A DNA stretch of 64,000 bases. Source: Octopus vulgaris. Taxonomy: Eukaryota. Of this stretch, positions 38,881 through 51,309 are shown one piece after another (the stretch's first letter is position 1; each line of letters starts with the position of its first letter). Under the pieces are notes generated by a model. It did no database searches. It saw nothing but the letters and a program-made list of their open reading frames with translations, and was not told the origin of the DNA. The stretch is from assembly GCA_951406725.2 (NCBI GenBank), contig OX597822.1, positions 46,128,001 to 46,192,000 on the forward strand. Reading direction: 5' to 3'. A program made the position numbers and the translations under genes.

Positions 38881-40308
38881 GACATGGATTGGACAATTAG
38901 GCATGAACTGGCAAGCTTGGCATTGTTTCTATGGCTGGATGCCCGTCTTAATGCCAACTATTTCACAGAATGTCCTGAGTGCTTTTTATGTGGCACTGAC
39001 ACTAGTGAAGTCACCAAGCAGCTTGCAAGAAAACCCCCCCACAACTTATCAGGGAGTAGTATTGAGTGAAGTGGCTTTGCATCAGGAGATGAGATGTTAA
39101 AGTATGATAAAAGAAATGCCTTGCTGTAGGGGAGGGAGGGGGTTACCCTAGTCAGAAAAGAGGAGATGGTGAAGATGTGTGAGAGTGTACTCTCAAGTTA
39201 AAGGAAGATGAATATAGAAGTGGTATGGATGGGTAAGTTTGTGGGTGTATTAGTGGTAAGTGGCAGATGTACAGAGATGGGGTATCTCCACTAAATTTCA
39301 ATTGCTTTTATCTATGATCACGATAATGAGTTTTATTGATATCAAAACATGTGCTAGGAACCACTATTCTGAAATTAAAATTAATAACATTTTTGTATCT
39401 TAGGTCTCAAGAGCATTTAAACCTAAAATTCATGATGTGTTGGTGAACGTGGTGAGAGCTATGAAACCCTAGAGATTCACAAAATACTTAGTACAGTGGA
39501 GTGTATTGGTATGAAAAAATATGTTTAAATACCACCCACCTCTAAATGTCTTTCATGAGACAAACTTCTTGTATCATAACATTAAGTAGATGAGAGATAT
39601 TCAATACCTCTGGTGAAGACAACAGTTTAGCATTGATGTACCTGCATGAATTGGTACTCATTCCAAAGAACTAAATAAACCAAAATAGTGGCAAAATGAA
39701 ATTCTCTGTTCAGAATTCTGTGAGTGAACTGATGATGACTGACCTTTTATCCACAGGGCCTTCTCATTCCTACTGTTTATATTGAAGGGAGAGAGAGAGA
39801 CAAATACATCTGCTGGATGGGATACTAAGCTACAACCATCACGGTAGCATGTACCATGCTTTAGCTAATTATTTTATATAGGTTGTCACAAGCAGAAAGA
39901 CAACAGACACTGTCTGGACCCTCCCAGTGGAGCAGCAAGGATGTGACAGCTGGAGAAAAGGATGCAGCAGTACTAAGTAAGTGAACGTATTCAGCTGAGT
40001 AAACTGTGGCACCATGTAAGGAAATGTTTTGCTTAAGGACACAATACACTGCCCTGTCCAAGAATTGAACCCATGGCATTTATGATTATGAACCCGAGAC
40101 CCTTACCACTAGGCCATGCTGTACTGTATTACTAACTGCTGCGGAATAAACTAAAATAAAGACAAGCCTTGTTCACAGATACAAAATCTGCTTCAGTAAT
40201 TAGTTTAACCATTTTGTTTCTGCATTGTTTTGAATGTGTGTACAGTGAAAAGGATGATAGATCATAAAAATAAAACAAAGGAATGAAATAAAACATGCTT
40301 CATCTTAC

Positions 40309-40452
40309 ATCATCATCTTTGAGTTCTATAGATCCTGTACTCAGATTGGAGTTGTTATCCAAATGAGATACATGTGGATTGTGTTGTATTTGTGTTACCG
40401 GTGTAGCCTGTGGTTGTGATTGTGTCTGGCCATGTTGGTTTAGTGGCTGAAA
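40309..40452 (-). CDS. Internal coding exon of an unidentified host gene (FQPLNQHGQTQSQPQATPVTQIQHNPHVSHLDNNSNLSTGSIELKDDD)
   Basis: Minus strand: long T/C tract ending ctgtttcAG, 144-nt open phase-0/phase-0 frame, then GTAAGA donor. Unique sequence encoding a Q/H/N-rich, disordered-looking peptide. No domain recognised. Confidence 0.7.
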
Positions 40453-41047
40453 CTGAAACAGAAAGGAAAAAAAAAATGGTTTAAGCAATGCAAATTGTTT
40501 TCATATAGAGACAACAACAGTAACATACATAAATGTGAGGGCATGTAGCTGAGGAAAGTTAGTTCTGATAGACTGATGAAACAAAAAGGACCAAAATCAA
40601 AAAAACCACATATGTGTGTAGCATACATTTGGGAAAAACTTAGTTCGTCTAAGTAAAATCTCTCACAACAACCAAAATATATAAATGTGGATGTGTGTTT
40701 GTGTGTATTCTCATCTACTGATGACTGCTGGATAGATTGCCAACCATCCAGGTACTACTGTCAAACATCGGTATGGATTAAATAGTAAAGTTTCTAAATA
40801 TACACACATGCATGGATAAAGTCTCTACATGATCACTCAACTTGTTAGAAATAGCAACCACACCTCCCTTAAATCAGGTCTTCCCATATTAAAAGAAAAA
40901 TGATGCACTGAACAAAGTAATAAGGTCATCCAATTAGAATCCAAGCTTTCCTTTAACTGCCCTTTGACTTCATAAAGTAAAAACATTTTAACTTTCTTTT
41001 AAGAAAAAAGTACAAATGACGAGACAATATACATACATACATACATT

Positions 41048-41093
<46 letters not shown>

Positions 41094-43898
41094 CAGCAAG
41101 TCATACTTGGTGGCATTGCTTCTAAGGTTAATGGTAAAGAAAGAATTTTCTTGAGGTAAATGAATGGTTCACTGATTCAATACTGAAAAAATTATAATTA
41201 TTTCACTAGTTGCAACAGCTCAAATATTTCACACCAGGATGAAACTTGTAGTCATTCTGAGGCCCTGAACCTTCCAACTGCATTATATATATGCAGTAGT
41301 ATATACACTATTAAAGGAAGGAAAACATTCAGTAAAGAATTATTCTAAAAGAAAAACTTGAAAAAAAAAATCAAACGCCTTATTTGACCCTTCAACCTAG
41401 AGTACAAAAGCTATGTCCAACACCACCACCATCTCTACAAAGAAAGAAATCATCCAAAATGACAATGCAACTTTGTTGTAGAATGAAGTTCACTATGCTA
41501 TTAAATGAATTCATTATCACAGTAATTAATAAACATTGTTACCATTATTAAGTTCTAGAATCTTAAGAAATTCTCTCTGCCACTTCTACTGACATGATGA
41601 TAACCTGACAAGAAGGAATGCTGGACACTTTTAAACCATCCAGTCCAGTGTCTCACAAATAATATTTAATTTGTCCTATCTTTCCAAGGTTAATAATAAG
41701 TACCAGTAATACATAAGGCTATTTTTTACTCTACCTAGTCTCTTGCAAACTGAGCCCACTGCCTACCAAAATAGTCATTTTTTTTTTTTTTTGTAGTTTT
41801 GTGTCTTAGTAATTATTTACTATTATAATTATTACATTCTCAGTTCAAATCCCACAGGAGTTTATTTTGCTTTAAGGATCAATTTAACAAGAATTAGTGA
41901 CCAAAATTTAACCAACTATACCCCCGCCCTTCAAAAATTTGTGGCCCTATGCCTGCCATACATCTTTGTTGTTGTTGCTATTGTTGTTGTTATTATTATT
42001 ATTATTATTATCATCATCATTATTTAATTAAAACTTTGATGCTAGAGCCTGTGTTCCTCCCTCAACCTGCTACAAATTTCAGCCTAATCTCCTTCAACCT
42101 ACTATCGTCTTAAAAGAAAAAAAAAAGAATGCATTGTACATGAATTTGGATGCACTGACTGATAAAAAAAAAAAGGATGGTCATGAATGGAACGCCTTTG
42201 ATCATAGGTATATTTGGACTAAATCACAACGGTAACTTTGTTAACACTCTAGAAAAGCATGACTGACATAATATTTTACATCGTTAAAACAACAAAACCA
42301 AAATGATCGCCGCAATCAGCCGATCGGTGTTTATAACAATAAGGATGATAATAATAATAATAACGGGGGAAAAAGGAAAGAAGGGTGCTTGTGCCTACGA
42401 AATCAAAATCATGATCATTTGGGGAATCGATGGTGAAGAGTTAAAAGCTCAAACCAATTGAATTCATTACTCAATTTTGCTGCATTAAATGCAGTGAGAT
42501 TGAGTAACGAGGTATGAACATCACAACATCTCGTTTTACTTCCAACCCACCAAAATTACGATTCCATACATCGTTATTATTAGCAATCAATATTACAATC
42601 GACATCATCATCATCAACATCAGCATCATCACCACCACAATTATCATGTTTCTTTCGAATTTACTTCCAGTTATCCGCTTTAACATGACACTAACCTACG
42701 TAAAAGTTCATTGTTTTATTGCCACCGTAACATAAATTCAAGAAAGAAAAAATAGACACACAAACATAAACCGAGTTAATATTTTTTTTAAGGAAAAAAA
42801 TGAAAAAAAAATGAAAACTATTACAACAAACACACACACTCACACATATAAAAGACTTGAAGAGCAATTAATTAACAATGGACCGAAGTGATGGCTTTTC
42901 TGTATGTGATTGACTGCTACGAATGGTCAACCACATCTCTATCAACCTCTCTTTCACGCACATTAAACACACGAATACACCAATCTCTATACAAGACCCA
43001 TGGTACCTCAACCTGCTCTGATACTCTGGCACTGAGAAGAATCTCTGGTTTTGAGAACTCATGGTTCCAGTCAGGGACAGCCATCACCACTAACCACAAA
43101 TCGCGGTTATCTAGAGGGATCGTTCCGTGATTGTATTTCCCTGACAGACAGGAGACACACACAAACACACGAACACATAGTCACACATATACATACATAC
43201 GTTCGTATATACGAACTCGATCACCCAAATGTTTTACACCGAGTAAAATATATGGCAACTCGAATCATAGTTCATTATTTATTTAACGATTTACCAATGT
43301 CAAAGAAAACTTTAGTTTACAAAAGACGGTGGCTAACAGACCATAGTTCCAATGGGGGACAGACATCAACAGCACACCGGGATTGCTCCCGTACCTACGG
43401 GGACCGTTCAGTTGTTTGTCCTGACTGCAGGATAGACGACGAACGGACGCAATCACGCACGCACTTACACACACAGACAAACACTTATAGAGACACACAC
43501 ACGTATAAACACATAGTAACTTAAATGCACACATACATATATATACACAGAAATTCCTAGATTAGAACTACAGCCATCTTTAATACAGTTTAGGGTTTAT
43601 TTCGACTACCGTAAAATACCTTTCGTTTAATACACTAGAATTCATTAGATCGACTCAAAACTAAAGAATATTATCATCATCATCGTTAACATTATTAGGT
43701 ATGACCATTATGCAACTGATAATAAAAAAAAAACTACTACTATCATTACATGTATTGTAGTAGTGGTTGAGGGTGGTGTAGCGAATAGGTAAAGCTCCCG
43801 GCGAACCATAATCGCTACCTGATTTCTATTGTTTTTAATTTCACGAAGATAAAGTAACAAATGCAGAAAGGCATAACTATCACGTCTCGTCGTAATAC

Positions 43899-43919
43899 CT
43901 CCTCGTCCAACTCTGTCAT
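43899..43919 (-). CDS. Probable start-codon exon segment (MTELDEE) of the same gene
   Basis: ATG ACA GAG TTG GAC GAG GAG then GTATTA donor, in the CpG-rich unique region. Phase 0 matches the 40452 acceptor, giving MTELDEE-FQPLNQ. The join is inferred. Confidence 0.45.
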
Positions 43920-44334
43920 TCTAAAGAAATCATTAAGGCTGATTGTCAAATCTCGGCGGTTGAGAAACAGGAGTCGCGGTTTCGATTGTCAATGAAGAAC
44001 CGCTATCGTGTTTCAATTCCGCTTTTGATTAAAATAAAAGAAAATGAAATGAAAAAGGCGTGGACGGTCAAAACTCCATTTATTCTCTTCGCAAATAAAT
44101 AAAAGTTTTCCATGTGAAAAAAAAATTTTTTTTACCATTATTACAAGTTATAACAGTTTGCTGATTCATGTATCACGTTCAAATCTCGCCGGGTTTAACC
44201 TCACCTCGGGACCAATTTAATTCAATATATGCAACACAAAGGTGATTTTCTGTCAAGTTTACTCTTCGTTTTATCTCTCATTTTATAAATTTATGAGTTT
44301 TGTAAAACATATTAGATTTGGACAAACCATAATG

Positions 44335-44371
<37 letters not shown>

Positions 44372-45108
44372 GGTGCGGTAAAAGAATCAAAAGGGCCGAT
44401 ATATTTTAGTGAGGTGTCTTTATGTTCTGAGTTCAAACCCTGCCTGTACCGTTCATCTTTCAGGGATCAATAAAATAGGTAGCGGGATCGATTAATTCGA
44501 TTATACCACCACTTCCCTGAGAAAATCGTGGTGTGCATATATATATATATAAAAAAAATGCCATCGTTATTATTAGTAGTAGCAGATTTATGAAAGATGG
44601 GGGTGAGAGCGGTTGAATTGAAGAGTGACATACTCAGTCAGTCATCCTGTCTTGTACGCTAATTTTATTTCTTTGTAACCGTGTGAGGAAGTAGGTGGGG
44701 TGATTTATCAATTTACTTAGATTTTCCTATAAACGTTATTCTTAAGACATTCGAGGACCTTTTTATCTTTTTTTTTTTTTCAAGAGAAAAAAAAAACAAT
44801 TAAAAAAATACAACAAAAATTACGAGAAAAAATAACGACTTCTTCCGGAAATCTTTGTTTCGATTGCTGTAACGTCTTTTTTTTTTTTTATAGCACTGCC
44901 CTTGTGGCAAATCTAGAATTATAACACTAAAACACTTCCATAGTTATCTATCGGTGTCTCACCAATATTTCGGTGGAACACGTTAAGTCAAAGTTACCTC
45001 CCTTACCACCCGCTTCTTTTTCACCGCGTCGTAGTCGAGAGAACGTGTTGTTTACCTTATAAACTGCAACACAACATTAGGAATTAAATTAATTTTTAAA
45101 AACTCTAC

Positions 45109-45171
45109 CTTTAGAAAGGATTTGCTAGGTGAACGGTTTTGATGTGAAACAGAAAGAAATGTCAGTAGCTG
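45109..45171 (-). other. Candidate 5' (probably UTR) exon of the minus-strand gene
   Basis: ttattttaatttcAG acceptor (CAGCAG) and AAG|GTAGAG donor; a second donor AAG|GTAAAC follows at 45055. Confidence 0.25.
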
Positions 45172-45574
45172 CTGAAATTAAAATAATTTGTGACAAAAAA
45201 AAAATTTGTTTATGCAAAGACGGTTATGTACTCGCTAGAGTATTTAACACAAAAAAAGCTGAAATCTACAATGGAAATTACTGTCCTAAATATATAAAGA
45301 TCTTAAATTTCTTGCAACCACTTAAGTATTTCAAATTTTCGACACCGAATCCGATTTTCATCATCAGCATTTTTTTTTTTTTTTTTTTTTCAACAAAATA
45401 ATCAGGTGAAAATTTAAAATATTTTCAGTGGTTGGCAGAAATTCAAAAATATCCAAATATACATATATGTATTTCCACATATGATTAAATACTATATTAC
45501 TTGTGTTTTATTGAAGAAGGGAAGAAAAAGAAAGTGAAGATCTCGTGTTTGTACTATTTACATGGTGAATGAAA

Positions 45575-45616
45575 ACAGGAAGTGAGGTTTGTAACCTATA
45601 TCAATCTACTTCCGGT
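45575..45616. promoter_or_regulatory. Pair of oppositely oriented ETS-type motifs
   Basis: ACAGGAAGTG (45575-45584) and ACTTCCGGT (45608-45616); another CTTCCGGAA near 44843. Motif matches only. Confidence 0.35.
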
Positions 45617-47929
45617 TCATATTTGTCAGCCGTTTCGCTTGTTTAGCAAAGCCGTGTTTTTATCGTCGCTCCATCGGCATGAAACATTCAAAATAAATAA
45701 AGAAGAAAAAATCAAATGCAGAGTTGTGAACATCGTTTATTACTTTCGTTTCAAAAAATAAAGCTATATTAGATAATTACTGTTTATTTTTTTTAACAGT
45801 CGGCTCCGCAACAAATGTAAATAGTTGATTTGATCAATTTTTCTTGTCTGTCTATCATTGAAAAAAACTGGGTTAGGGCCGGTATGGATGTTAAATGTTG
45901 ACAATAGAGATATAAATACCTCCCCCAACACGATTCCTATATAAGAATATCTAAAATTTTATGTGGTAGAGAAATAAAACAATGTTGTTACTGAGTAAAT
46001 AAGAATTATTTGCAAAACAACTTCAGGCGGAGGTGGTGACGATACAAAAAGAAGAGAAAATATTTTAACGTATTATTTGATCGCTGAAAGTGAATTATCC
46101 TTAGATAAGAAATAGTAATATGGCTGAGAATTCGTATAGTACGTATTCTGTATCAAATTCCAACAGAATATTTTGGTGTAAAAATTTAAATATCGATAGA
46201 ATTATGAATTATAACAGCATGTAAAAACTTAGATGAAATATAAAAGGAATTTCTGACATATTTATAAAGTAAAGGTATCGTCGATGGAATTTATCGAAGT
46301 ACTTTTGACTCGGTGTTTCTCAGAGAAAGGCTACTTGGAAGCCGTTGAAAACTGAAAAGAGGCGGACAAACTGCCATGTTTAATAAGATTGAAACAGTCC
46401 AAAATGTACACCTGAACAATACCATGGTGAAGGAAAACGAATTAAATAAATACAAAATCTTTGGTCTTGTCATTAACAAACAGGGTTGCAAAAAATTCAA
46501 CTGACATTGGGAGGTGACTGATATTTGTCAATGTGAGAATCATGGGCAAACTGCATCCGCAGGACACCTAACGAAAAATTACCTTGAATTTTTTTTTCTT
46601 TTCTTTTCTTAAGTAGTGTTGCTCGTTTAATGATGTATTATTTCTCATGCGGCCCGCATCTTATTAAAGATTGCCTGCGCCTGATCTAGGCAGGAAAGGG
46701 GAGATCGTCCCTAGAGGAACTTCAAATAAAAGGCACCTAGAGCCAAATATTGCGATAAGTTTCGCAACTGATCCCTTTTCTGTAAATCAAGATTTCTTTT
46801 TATTTTCATATATCACATATAAACATGTACATCTATTAGAACATTGTCATTTTATAAGATTTTGCAGGCAAATTTTTAAATAAACATTTATTTACATGAA
46901 AGAAAATTACCGGAAAACTTTCGTCTAATTCTTCCAAGTCTCTGTTAAAACTGTATTGAAACCATTTGTGGGGAATTTTTTTTTATCACAAAGGCTTAAG
47001 TCGATTTAATCTTTATCATTGCCTGTCTCCAAACTAAATTTTAACTTTGAACAGAAAATGATAATAATTAACCTAGGAAAGATGTGATATATATTGAAAA
47101 TGTCTCCCAATTATACTTTTATTTACTACATTCTACCACTTTCGCACAACTTCTGTCAAATTCTCCCTATTATTCCACTATTTACTTTCACCTTCGACCA
47201 TTTTTGTCACATTCTATCTATTTATTGGAGCAGTGCCACAACACTGCGCTCGTAAATATACCAAGATCTATTATGTTATAATTCCGCCACAAAGAATGCT
47301 GACCAGTAATCCATAAAACATCCTCATAAAAGTTGCAGGACAATCCAGTCTTTTGAGAGCAACAAAGTGATAGCAATATATAAAATTAAATTACTCCACT
47401 CTCTCATAAGCTAAGGAGAAAGAAAAGTTCTTGTTTCTCCAAAAGATGACATTATCTAGAAGATCGGAAGTACTTCTCCCAACAGTATACTAACATCAAA
47501 AACTTTACACTTTACCAGTGATGTGAAGTTGGTAATGGCGGAGCCTCCACGTGGTTGTTTAATCTACAAGAAATAGCAGTCAAATCTCTCCCGAACTTTG
47601 ACATATTAAACTATTTAGCATGTACACACACATCACCATCCGTTTCCCATGCTGGCATGGGTTGGACAGTTTGACAGGAGCTGGCAAGCCTGTGAGCTGC
47701 ACCAGGTTCCAGTTACCTGTTTTAGCATGATTTCTATGGCTGGATGCACTTCCTAATACCAACCACTTTACAGAGTGTACTGGATACATTTTATGTAGCA
47801 CCAGCACAGGAGCTTTTTATGTGGCACCAGCACAGGTGCTTTATATCAGGGTCGCAGCTGCCACAGCTCAATTGATTTTGATCTAGGTTTGCTTAGGTCA
47901 TAGCTGACCTGTGGCCAAACAACAACTAT

Positions 47930-48841
47930 AAGTATCCATAGAAATACTTAGTGATGGAGGGACTGGAGGTTAGAATTTCAAGTGCCAGCTACAGAATTTG
48001 ATCCTCAGAAGTAGTTGGTCAAAGAGCCAAACTTGCCGTCTTCAATTTGATAATTGTGCCTTTGGTCATGAATGTCAGGCAATGATAGCAAATACAGGAA
48101 GTAGGAACTCTGGAGCAATGTTACTCAACAGGATGCATAGCTCAGTAATCAGGATGTCTCTGGGTTGAGCTGCTACATCTTCTAAAGGTCACAGCTCTGG
48201 TATTATGGACATGCAATTAGAATGCCATCCCAAAGAATCACCACAGAAGTGGTTATATAAGTGCAGGAGTGGCTGTGTGGTAAGAAGCTTGTTTCCCAAC
48301 TGCGCATGTCAGTGTTTTTCTTTGCACTGAGAGAGGTTGTGATGCTGGTTTGCAGCATGGCGAATTAAGTGAAGCACAACTGCAAGGTAAGACTTTTGTT
48401 CTTTGGGGTTCAGTGAAGGTCTGTTGTTTGGTGTGAATTTTTTTTTTTTTTTCAAGCAAGAAATCCTCACTGAATTCCGGGCATTTGTCTGCCTGCAATT
48501 GGGCATAAGTATCTCACTTAGCAGTGAGAAGCAAGTTCTTTTGGGGGTGTATCCCGCCTCCAAAAATTGTGAACTGTGAATTTTGTTCCTGTTGCTGGCC
48601 TGGATTACTAGTGGCCGGGTTTTGTTCCTGTTGCTGTTCTGGATTACTAGTGGCCAGAGAATTCTGGGCATTGTTTTGGGGGCGTATCCCGCATCCAAAA
48701 TTTTGTGAATTTGTTCCTGTTGCAGTGTGGCTACCAGTTAGGCCTGGAGTACATAAGTGGCTGGAAAATTTTGTGCAGTGGGACTGAACCTGGAACCATG
48801 TGTTTGGGAAGTAAACGTCTTACCACACTGTAACTCCTGCA

Positions 48842-48884
<43 letters not shown>

Positions 48885-49120
48885 GTATGTATTTGTGTCT
48901 GTTTGTCATCCCACCATTGTTTGACTAAAGGTGGTGCTCCAACATGCCTGCAGTCAAATGACTGAAACAAGTAAATGAGTAAAGATGGACTTTTCAAGCA
49001 AAAGATCTATGGGTAGATCAAGAACAAGATGGCTGGATATCTACTCTCAGCTGGTCAGGACTGGGAAACCACCCAGAAAGAGTATATGACAATTACTACT
49101 GATAGGGCCATGTGAAGGTG
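47930..49120 (+). mobile_element. Rex3/Expander-like RTE LINE 3' portion (47930-48252, 48985-49120) split by a rearranged SINE
   Basis: AKLAVFNLIIVP..GHE..RMHSSVIR..SQLWYYGHAIRMP, resuming as KRSMGRSRTRWLD..WSGLG..TDRA. Confidence 0.7.
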
Positions 49121-50018
49121 GTGCTTCTATTCACATGTGTGTCTTTGTCTTTGTCCCTTACCGTTACTTGGCAACCAGTGTAGGTTTACTTATGTCCCTG
49201 CAACTTACCAGTTTAGCAAAAGGGGGTCGATAGGATAAGTACTGGGGTTGAGTCATTAAAACAAAAATTCTTCAAGACAGTGCTCCAGCATGGCCACAGT
49301 CTATAGACTGGAACAAATAAAAGATGCTGAGGAGGCTACGTAGTTAATTCGATGCTTTAATGACGGCTTGTAAAATGTTCTTTCTGTGTTATTCAGATGA
49401 GGATATGCAGTGTCAATGACCTTCATGGATCTTCCTGGACTGATGCAATTCTTATGATCAAATGCCCAGTTTACACATTGGCAGGAAATGCCTTTGTGCT
49501 TTGAGTGGATTTCAAAATACTCAAGAATTTTCAGAGGAGTGGATGGAGCTTTGTAACAAACATTTTAATATATTTTGCAGACAATTAGTGGTTGTCTTGA
49601 TACTTAAACACAAAAACATATTAGTTTGTTACTGTATTTGGTTTGCAAGATTATTGATGTGAATTCATGTGTTCAGACAAATTTTGTTGTGTCTTGAAAA
49701 GGTCATTGCACCAATATTAACAATAACACAAGCACTGGTTCAAAATCACTTCTCTATTGTTAGTCAATTGGTTAAATATTTAACTAATTGATTGTTTGTT
49801 TAATGTGCCAGTGAAACAATCAAATATTTACACTTTTTTTTTCATTTGACTGAGGCCATGCTGGAGCATTGCCTTTAGTCGAACAAATCGATTATAGGTC
49901 TTATTCTTTGTAAGACTGGTACTTATTCTATTGGTGTCTTTTGCCGAACCACTAAGTTACAGGGACCTAAACACACCAACATCGGTTGTCAAGCGATGGT
50001 GGGGGGTACAAACCACAT

Positions 50019-50053
<35 letters not shown>

Positions 50054-50284
50054 CAACAGTCTTCTTTCAGTTTCCATCTACCAAATCCACTCACAAGGTT
50101 TTGATTGGCCCAGGGCTATAGCAGAAAACACTTGCCCAAGGTGCCATGCAATAAGACTAAACCCAAAACTATGTGCTTGGTAAGCAAGCTTATTACCATA
50201 CAGCCATGCCAGACCTGCATGCCTACATAATTCAAAGAGGTACACTTTGTTCATTTTTCTTTAATATACACGCACACACACACA

Positions 50285-50286
<2 letters not shown>

Positions 50287-50340
<54 letters not shown>
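50287..50340. repeat. (CT)n microsatellite
   Basis: Direct reading. Confidence 0.98.
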
Positions 50341-50345
<5 letters not shown>

Positions 50346-50906
50346 CCTCACTCTTTCTCTCCGCAATAGATGCAAACACACCTTTCTCAAAGCAATGTGT
50401 AGAAAGAGATTTTCTTTCCAGGAAGTGGCAAAAATTTTAAACTTTGTTTCAGCAATGTATGCCATGAAGGTGACCAAGAAGGGTGGAAAATTCCCCCGTA
50501 CGTCCTCCTCCCCTTTCAAAGAAGAAAAAAGCATACACACAACTACTTCAATAAACAACACAAAAGAAAATCTCCAAGACAAAAGAGCTGAAACTGAGGG
50601 TGGGTGGGGAGTGATAAAGCAAAAACAAAACAAACAAAAGGCTGGAAATTTTGAGGGGAGGGGCTAAGTTGATTACAGCAACCCAGTTTTTAACTGATAC
50701 TTATTTTATTGACCCTGAAAAGATGAAAGTAAAGTTGGACTAGTCAATTACATCGACCCCAGTGTTTCACCAGTACTTAATTTATCAACCCTGAAAGGAT
50801 GAAAAGATAGTCAACCTCAGCAGAATTTGAACTCAGAATATAGCAACGAGTAAAATACCGCTAAGCATTTCGCCCAACGTGCTAACAATTCTGCCAGCTC
50901 GCTGCC

Positions 50907-50942
<36 letters not shown>

Positions 50943-51093
50943 GATCCTTTCTACTAAAGGCACACGCTCTGAAATTTGGGAAGAAGGGACTAGTCAATTA
51001 CATCGACCCACAGTACGCAACTGGTATTTCATTTATTGACCCTGAAAGGATGAAAGAAAGGCAAAGTCGATCTCAGCGGAATTTCCTGCTCCA

Positions 51094-51132
<39 letters not shown>

Positions 51133-51268
51133 CTCCTGTAAGGGAGAGAAAGAAGGCAAGAGAGAACAATCTATTCAATTTTCCAAAAGATGTGGAACAT
51201 TCAAGTTTCCAATTGCTTTAATTGACAATTTTCAGGAAGGGACAAGAATCAAACACACACATGCATAC

Positions 51269-51309
<41 letters not shown>

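Larger units (their letters stand above)
42280..46800. promoter_or_regulatory. CpG-retaining, repeat-poor promoter-like domain
   Basis: CpG dinucleotides are visibly much more frequent than in the flanks, SINEs are nearly absent, and the putative start exon lies inside. Confidence 0.6.

Noticed and set aside
43007-43140. Cassette coding exon between MTELDEE and the 144-nt exon
   Set aside because: Phase-0 reading hits TAG at the tenth codon and the length is not a multiple of 3.
46270-46570. Plus-strand reading ending in CQCENHGQT as a host gene
   Set aside because: Contains stops; weakly resembles an Ingi/Vingi-type LINE zinc-finger end, too weak to call.
50173-50667. 164-aa ORF and similar SL/ER/HT/CV/poly-H/D ORFs elsewhere
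   Set aside because: They read through SINEs and microsatellites.
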